Program-made: the position numbers and the translations under genes
Notes under the pieces: model-generated
What the model was told of the DNA's origin: nothing
Seen by the model: only the letters and a program-made list of their open reading frames with translations
Databases searched by the model: none
In this document: positions 52,844-58,140 of the stretch, piece by piece
Layout of the letters: each line of letters starts with the position of its first letter
How positions within the stretch are numbered: the first letter of the stretch is position 1
Assembly: GCA_046735315.1 (NCBI GenBank)
Contig: JBKPTB010000160.1
Coordinates: forward strand, 1 to 58,140
Origin: Actinomycetota bacterium
GTDB lineage: Bacteria; Actinomycetota; Thermoleophilia; Gaiellales; Gaiellaceae
DNA length: 58,140 bases
Direction: 5' to 3'

Positions 52844-53280
52844 GCTGAGGTTCCGGCCCGTTCGACGATGAATCCGAGCGCCTCGCGGTAGCCGTTCGGG
52901 CCCTTGCCCAGGACGCGCTTCGCGGCCAGGTCCGCGATCACCGACGAGCGTCGCCAGTCTTCGCGGTGTTCGATGTCCGAGAGGTGCACCTCGACGATCG
53001 GCACCTCGAAGAGCTCGAGTGCGTCTCTGATCGCGTAGCTGTAGTGCGTCCATGCGCCGGGGTTCGCGACGACTCCGTCAGCCCAGTCGAGTGCGTCGTG
53101 ACACCAGTCGATGTACTCCCCCTCGTGGTTCGTCTGCCGGCAGCGGACGTGGCAGCCGAGCTCCGACGCCCATTCGTAGATCCGTGTCTCGAGCTCCGAA
53201 AGCGAGATGCCGCCGTAGAGCGCCGGGTCGCGCCGAGCGACAACATCCAGGTTTGCCCCGTTCAGGACGACGACTTGCAT
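52840..53280 (-). CDS. aroQ: Type II 3-dehydroquinate dehydratase
   Basis: 146 aa. VLNGANLD, QTNHEGE and NPGAWTHYS motifs. Confidence 0.95.
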   Translation of the reverse strand: MQVVVLNGANLDVVARRDPALYGGISLSELETRIYEWASELGCHVRCRQTNHEGEYIDWCHDALDWADGVVANPGAWTHYSYAIRDALELFEVPIVEVHLSDIEHREDWRRSSVIADLAAKRVLGKGPNGYREALGFIVERAGTSA

Positions 53281-53289
53281 CGGGGCACT

Positions 53290-54636
53290 CTAGTCTGCGA
53301 TCAACTCGTCCAGCGCCCGGCGAACCTCTACGTCTGGGAGCTGGACGTCCCATTGCGGACCGTCCTCGCCGAGAAGGACGAGCCCTCGCTTCTTGTCGCG
53401 CCCGAGTGTGGTCCAGGCGCGTTCTCGGTCGACCGCCACTGGCCTCGGTCCGAGCACCTCGTCGACGACGTCGGTCGACCGCCCGGAGAGGCGAAGGGCA
53501 GCGAGCAATCCGAGCGCCACGGCGCTGCCGTGCGCCAGACCTTCGTAGCCGGCGGCCGCCTCCAGCGCGTGCGCAAAGGTGTGCCCGAGGTTGAGGATCG
53601 CCCTGCGGCCACGGTCGAAGGGGTCTCCGAGGCAGACCGCCGCCTTGAACGATGCGGCAGCGCGGATCATCGCCTCGTCGTCGAGCTCCCAGAGCGGGCG
53701 TCCGACCAGCAGACCCGTCTTGACGACCTCCGCCAGTCCCTCACGCCGGTCCGCGTCGGTGAGGGTGACCAGTACGTCGGGGTCGGACACGACGGCGGCG
53801 GGATAGTGAAAGGCGCCGACGAGGTTCTTGCCCGCCGGCAGGTCGATCGCGGTCTTGCCTCCGATGCCGGCATCCACCTGGCCGAGCAAGGTCGTCGGCA
53901 CCGCGATCCAGCGGACGCCTCGCAGATACGTCGCGGCGGTGAGCCCCGAGACGTCGGTGGTCGTGCCGCCGCCGTAGGCGAGGACCGTTCCGTCGCGTCC
54001 CAGCTCGAGGTCGCGCCACAAACGTTGGAGCACGGCCGGCGTCTTCGCCGCCTCACCGCGTGGCACGCGATGGACTTCGTGGGGCTCGAACGCGAGCGGA
54101 TGGAGATCGAGCACATACTCGTCGGCGATCACGGCCGTGGGCTCAGGCGGACGCAGCGCGGCCAACTCGCCCCGACCGACGCGAATCTGGAGCGCGGCGA
54201 GCAGCGCGTCTTCGACGGTCGAGGCGACCGCGTTCGAGACGTCCTCGTACAGAGGCCGCCGCTCCGCGTCGAACAGACGCCTGAACGAGGATTCGTCGCG
54301 CGCAAGTGGACGATCGCCGCCGCGAACGCGCTTCCACGCCTCGCCGATGTCGACGTCGACCCATACCGTGAACGCGCGCTCGCGCAGCAACCTGCGCGTC
54401 TGCTCCGAGAGGACCGCGCCTCCACCGAGCGCGATCACCGCGGGCACCGCTGCCGAGAGCGCCTCCGCCGCGAGCTGCTCTTCCACCTGCCGGAAGTCCG
54501 GCTCGCTGCGCTCGAAGAGCTCCCTGATCGGCCCGTGCCGCCGCTCGATCTCGCGGTCGAGGTCGACGAACGGCCGTTCACTGAGTCGCGCGGCCTCCTC
54601 GCCGATCGTCGACTTCCCCGCGCCCATGAAGCCCAC
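53290..54636 (-). CDS. aroKB: Bifunctional shikimate kinase / 3-dehydroquinate synthase
   Basis: 448 aa. P-loop GFMGAGKST at the extreme N-terminus, then an AroB core (GGGTTTDVSG, PTTLLGQVDAGIGGKT, NLGHTFAHALE). The true start may lie upstream (see finding). Confidence 0.88.
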   Translation of the reverse strand: MGFMGAGKSTIGEEAARLSERPFVDLDREIERRHGPIRELFERSEPDFRQVEEQLAAEALSAAVPAVIALGGGAVLSEQTRRLLRERAFTVWVDVDIGEAWKRVRGGDRPLARDESSFRRLFDAERRPLYEDVSNAVASTVEDALLAALQIRVGRGELAALRPPEPTAVIADEYVLDLHPLAFEPHEVHRVPRGEAAKTPAVLQRLWRDLELGRDGTVLAYGGGTTTDVSGLTAATYLRGVRWIAVPTTLLGQVDAGIGGKTAIDLPAGKNLVGAFHYPAAVVSDPDVLVTLTDADRREGLAEVVKTGLLVGRPLWELDDEAMIRAAASFKAAVCLGDPFDRGRRAILNLGHTFAHALEAAAGYEGLAHGSAVALGLLAALRLSGRSTDVVDEVLGPRPVAVDRERAWTTLGRDKKRGLVLLGEDGPQWDVQLPDVEVRRALDELIAD

Positions 54637-54662
54637 GAGCGCGAGGTGCCGCTGGAGCGCCC

Positions 54663-55745
54663 CTACCTCGGCGACCAGTCGATCCGCTCCAGGTACGCGC
54701 GCTGCGCGGAGACGAAATCGTCGAGGGCGTCGCCGCCGAACTTCTCCCGCGAAGCACGCGCGAGCTCGATTGCGACGCAGGCTTCCGCGACGACTGCGAG
54801 CGCCTCGACCGCTGCAGTGTCGCTGCGCTCGACGAGTGCCTGCGCCGGCTCGCCGCTCTGCAGATCGACTGACGCCAGCGGTCTCATCAAGGTCGGCAGC
54901 GGCTTCATCGCGGCTCGGACGACGATCGGCTCGCCGTTCGACACCCCGCCCTCGATGCCGCCGGCGTGATTTGTCTCCCGGTAGAGACCGCGTTCGTCTC
55001 GCAGGATCTCGTCGTGCGCCTCCGACCCCCGCCGCGACGCCAAGTCGAAGCCGTCGCCGATCTCCACCCCCTTGACCGCCTGGGTTCCCATCAACGACGC
55101 GGCAAGGCGTGCGTCGAGGCGTTGCTCCTTGGTGGCGTACGACCCGAGACCCGGAGGAACTCCGTGTGCGCGGACCTCGACGACACCGCCGATGGTGTCG
55201 CGATCCGCGCGCGCCGCGTCCACTCGGCTTTCGAGGTCATCGGTGAGCACGCGCCCTTCCACGCGCACCGCGATCTCGGCCAGCAGCGCCTTCGCCACCG
55301 ACCCGGCTGCAACGACGACTGCGGTATGTCGAGCGCTCGCACGCTCGAGCGCGTCACGCACGTCTGTGAGGCCGTATTTCAGCGCGCCCGCAAGGTCGGC
55401 ATGTCCTGGGCGGGGCAGCGTGACCGGCTTCGTCCCCTTGCCCGTCGGCTCGCCCGTCGGCGGCCAGGGGCTCATGCCCCACGACCAGTTCTCGTGGTCG
55501 CGGTTGCGGACAAGGAGCGCAAGCGGCGTGCCGAGGGTACGCCCGTGCCGAAGGCCCGCGAGCACCTCGACCTCGTCCCGCTCGATCTGCTGGCGTGGAC
55601 TGCGGCCGTAACCCTGCTGACGACGGTGGAGGTCGGCGTCGATCAAGCCCTTGTCGAGCCTGAGACCTGCCGGAAGTCCGGAGAGAATTGCGACGAGGGC
55701 CGGCCCGTGCGACTCGCCCGCCGTTACGAGCTCGAGAGCCATCAC
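54663..55745 (-). CDS. aroC: Chorismate synthase
   Basis: 360 aa. TAGESHGPAL, RPGHAD and GGIEGGVSNGEP. Confidence 0.95.
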   Translation of the reverse strand: MMALELVTAGESHGPALVAILSGLPAGLRLDKGLIDADLHRRQQGYGRSPRQQIERDEVEVLAGLRHGRTLGTPLALLVRNRDHENWSWGMSPWPPTGEPTGKGTKPVTLPRPGHADLAGALKYGLTDVRDALERASARHTAVVVAAGSVAKALLAEIAVRVEGRVLTDDLESRVDAARADRDTIGGVVEVRAHGVPPGLGSYATKEQRLDARLAASLMGTQAVKGVEIGDGFDLASRRGSEAHDEILRDERGLYRETNHAGGIEGGVSNGEPIVVRAAMKPLPTLMRPLASVDLQSGEPAQALVERSDTAAVEALAVVAEACVAIELARASREKFGGDALDDFVSAQRAYLERIDWSPR

Positions 55746-56422
55746 GCGGAGCGTACTGCGGCGCGCATCACGTCGACGGGCGCCGGGATCCCGGTCCAGA
55801 GCTCGAACGACGCCGCTCCCTGCGCGACCAGAACCTCCAAACCGTCCACGACGTCAGCACCGGCCTCCTTGGCCGCGTGTCCGGTCGCAGTCAGCGGGTA
55901 TGGCAGATCGACGAGCGTCTGTCCCGCCTGCAGCTCGACGAGCACGAGGTCGCGCTCCGAGGTCGCATTGATGACGAGATCGGCTTCCCTGACATCGGGT
56001 GGCCACGTTTCGCGCCGCGAGAAGCGCAGCGCGTCGGGAAGCGCGGCCGCGAAGGCCGCCGCGACGCCGCCGTCCCCGACGATCGCCGCTCGACTGAACT
56101 CGAGACTCCGCAGGATCGCGGGATCCGTCGACGAGCCGTGGATGCGGCCTTCGCGGATCACGAGTGTGTTCACCGAAGGCTGGTCGGTCTCGACCAGCTT
56201 CGCGGCCGCGACCTTGTGCGGCGTGGTGACGTTTGCACCGACGAATTGCAACGCGACGAGTCCTCGCAGCGCAGCCTCCAGCTCCTCAGGGCGGACGGAC
56301 AGCGGGACGTACGCCCAGTCGAGCCCGCGAGCGGCAAACGCCGCGTTCTGCATGCGAGGCGAGAGCGAGGGCACGAGCGGACCGCGGATCAATCCGACGA
56401 GCCGCGTCTCGCCCGAGATCAC
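55742..56422 (-). CDS. aroE: Shikimate dehydrogenase (compact form)
   Basis: 226 aa. SLSPRMQNAAF and GANVTTPHK motifs. ATGA-type overlaps on both sides. Confidence 0.85.
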   Translation of the reverse strand: MISGETRLVGLIRGPLVPSLSPRMQNAAFAARGLDWAYVPLSVRPEELEAALRGLVALQFVGANVTTPHKVAAAKLVETDQPSVNTLVIREGRIHGSSTDPAILRSLEFSRAAIVGDGGVAAAFAAALPDALRFSRRETWPPDVREADLVINATSERDLVLVELQAGQTLVDLPYPLTATGHAAKEAGADVVDGLEVLVAQGAASFELWTGIPAPVDVMRAAVRSA

Positions 56423-57390
56423 GGCCCGCCGTACCCGTGCGTGTCCGCGTAGTGTCGGAAGGCCGCGTAGCTCACCGTGAAGAAATGGTGCTTCTTGTCA
56501 GGCTTGCGAACGAAATAGAGGTACTTCACCTTCGCCGGATGTGCGGCGGCCTGCATCGATGCGAGCCCCGGGCTAGCGATCGGCGTCGGAGGGAGGCCGA
56601 CATGCTTGCGCGTGTTGTACGGAGAGTTGCTCTCCAGCTGGGATTCGTGAATCGACTCCGTCGGCGGAATGTCGAGGCCGTAGCGCAGCGTGGCGTCGAT
56701 GCCGAGCTTCATGCGCAGATGAAGCCGGTTGTAGATCACTGCCGAGACGAGCTGACGCTCGTCCGGCGAGAGTGTCTCCTTCTCAACCATCGACGCGATG
56801 ATCAGCACGTCGTAGGGAGTGAGGTTCTTCGAGCGCGCATAGCCGAGATCGACTTGGCTCCAGTTCTGGCAGAACGCATCGAGCTGGCTTTGCGCCAGCT
56901 GGGCGGAGGTGGTCTGCGGGAAGAACTCGTACGTGGCCGGGAAGAGGAAGCCCTCGATCGTCCGAACGTGGTTGTGGAAGCAGGGAGGCACACGGGGCTT
57001 TCGCGTCGCCGCGATGTAAGCGGCGCGCGTCAGCCGGACCGTCCCCTTTCGCTTGCGCTCGGCGATCTTGGCGACGGCGCCGACCCTCTCCGCCATCTGC
57101 TTGCGCGTGAAGCCCTCCGGAAACACGACGTGGAAAGGCTTTGGCATCGCGATGACAGTTTCCACAGTGCCCGTCGCCGTCGTCCGCGTGACCGTGCGGT
57201 AGACGAGGTTGTTCGAGAGAGTGGACTGCTGTTGCGTGCGCGCCGTGTTGTCTCCGCCTCCGATCGCGGCAACGGCGAGCCAACCGAGCCCGCCGAGGAT
57301 CAGGACCAGCAGGCAAAGAGCGAGCGCGCGGCGGATCGCGACGTGTCGCGGATTCGGAGCGCGCGGCGGCCTTCCGGACCGCGGCGGCAT
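56419..57390 (-). CDS. mltG: Endolytic murein transglycosylase MltG (YceG-like)
   Basis: ATG at 57390 (MPPRSGRPP ... TM segment LALCLLVLILGGLGWLAV) gives 323 aa. YceG motifs ASMVEKE and SPYNTRK. It overlaps the ruvX stop by 1 nt. Confidence 0.88.
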   Translation of the reverse strand: MPPRSGRPPRAPNPRHVAIRRALALCLLVLILGGLGWLAVAAIGGGDNTARTQQQSTLSNNLVYRTVTRTTATGTVETVIAMPKPFHVVFPEGFTRKQMAERVGAVAKIAERKRKGTVRLTRAAYIAATRKPRVPPCFHNHVRTIEGFLFPATYEFFPQTTSAQLAQSQLDAFCQNWSQVDLGYARSKNLTPYDVLIIASMVEKETLSPDERQLVSAVIYNRLHLRMKLGIDATLRYGLDIPPTESIHESQLESNSPYNTRKHVGLPPTPIASPGLASMQAAAHPAKVKYLYFVRKPDKKHHFFTVSYAAFRHYADTHGYGGP

Positions 57391-57782
57391 TACGCCGGGG
57401 CGTTGCTCGCCCACGCGAGGTAGCTGGAGAGAAGATGGGCCGCGGCCCTGGCATCCTCGGGAGCATCGGCGGGCCATTGCTCCGCGAGGTCGGTGGTGAA
57501 CCGCTCGTCGAAGGTCACGACGGGAGCGCTGCTGACGGCGGCCAGCGCTTCGACGAACGTTTCGGTCTCTCGCGCCTGCTCGCCGCGTTCGCCCCGCAAC
57601 GTCAGCGGAAGACCGACGACGACGCGCTCCACCTCGTGCTCCTCGATGAGAGCCGCCAGCTGCGCGAGGCCGTCTCGGTCCGCCGCCTCGACCACGCCGA
57701 GCGGCCGGGCGATCGTCCCCGTCGGGTCCGACACCGCGACCCCGGTGCGGGCCCGGCCGTAATCGAGAGCAAGCACCTTCAC
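57390..57782 (-). CDS. ruvX: Holliday-junction resolvase-like nuclease RuvX (YqgF)
   Basis: 130 aa. MKVLALDYGRARTGVAVSD. Confidence 0.92.
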   Translation of the reverse strand: MKVLALDYGRARTGVAVSDPTGTIARPLGVVEAADRDGLAQLAALIEEHEVERVVVGLPLTLRGERGEQARETETFVEALAAVSSAPVVTFDERFTTDLAEQWPADAPEDARAAAHLLSSYLAWASNAPA

Positions 57783-58140
57783 GTCAGGGCTTCGGCGATC
57801 GCTTTCTTTCCGGCGGCGAGCGCATCGCGCAGGCCCTCTGGGTTCTTGCCTCCGGCCTCGGCCAGAGTCGGCCGCCCACCGCCCCCGCCGCCGATGTGGC
57901 GCCCGAGATCGCGGACGAGCTGGACCGCGTCGAGGCCGCGGTCGACGAGCGACTCATCGAGGTTGACGACGAGGTAGGCGCGGCCGTCGTCGACAGAGCC
58001 GACGATCACTCCTGCCGCTTTCTCCTGCTGGCGAACACGATCGGACAGATCGCGCAAGTCGCCTCCCTTCAGAGCCTTCGCCTCGACGAGGACGACGTTC
58101 CCCTCCTTCTCGACGATCTCGAAGTCGGCCGCGGCGTCGG
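57779..58140 (-). CDS. alaS: Alanine--tRNA ligase, C-terminal fragment (continues past window end)
   Basis: The frame is open to the window edge. C-terminal DHHA1 pattern LGRHIGGGGGGRPTLAEAGG. The track ORF start at 58057 is an internal TTG. Confidence 0.85.
   Translation of the reverse strand, partial: DAAADFEIVEKEGNVVLVEAKALKGGDLRDLSDRVRQQEKAAGVIVGSVDDGRAYLVVNLDESLVDRGLDAVQLVRDLGRHIGGGGGGRPTLAEAGGKNPEGLRDALAAGKKAIAEALT

Noticed and set aside
1-58140. Looked for rRNA, tRNA, CRISPR repeats, IS/transposase or integrase genes, toxin-antitoxin pairs and defence-system hallmarks (large ATPase/nuclease/methylase clusters).
   Set aside because: None seen. All intergenic gaps are 200 nt or shorter. 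No cloverleaf-like or regularly spaced repeat sequences appear. Every large ORF is assignable to housekeeping, envelope or repair functions. A by-eye scan cannot exclude short dispersed repeats.

Overview
58.1-kb, visibly very GC-rich (GC not computed), gene-dense chromosomal segment. Gene order is typical of Actinomycetota core genomes. On the minus strand it runs alaS-ruvX-mltG-aroE-aroC-aroK/B-aroQ-pepP-efp, then accC-asp23-nusB-ispA-tlyA-nadK-recN-steA-mctB-like-pyrG, then NUDIX-ald-deoB-deoA-mutM. I support about 58 protein-coding genes, two of them partial at the window edges, plus three unlisted small ORFs and one gene remnant. I saw no rRNA, tRNA, CRISPR array, transposase or prophage gene. 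Many neighbouring genes overlap by 1-4 nt (ATGA/GTGA), which indicates long translationally coupled operons. The ORF track prints M for GTG/TTG starts, and several long track ORFs carry spurious N-terminal extensions that I trimmed. This is mostly ordinary housekeeping DNA and I found no defence-island-like system. The most interesting observations are: (1) an atypical SOS mutasome: a catalytically dead Y-family imuB sits behind a textbook promoter with two tandem GAAC-N4-GTTC LexA boxes and an apparently leaderless start; there is no imuA, a 92-aa Trp-rich ORF overlaps the imuB 3' end, and dnaE2 lies behind two opposite-strand genes; (2) a 604-aa protein in the accB position, upstream of accC, fuses an oxaloacetate-decarboxylase/pyruvate-carboxylase-type carboxyltransferase domain, with all four metal ligands substituted, to a genuine AccB biotin carrier; (3) a GT2 glycosyltransferase is fused to a miniature MraY/WecA-like membrane domain next to pyrG; (4) a degenerate imidazoleglycerol-phosphate dehydratase paralog lies between murA and ridA; (5) a secreted protein built from disulfide-pair repeats lies among cell-wall enzymes. 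All homology calls are by-eye motif recognition; no database search was possible.
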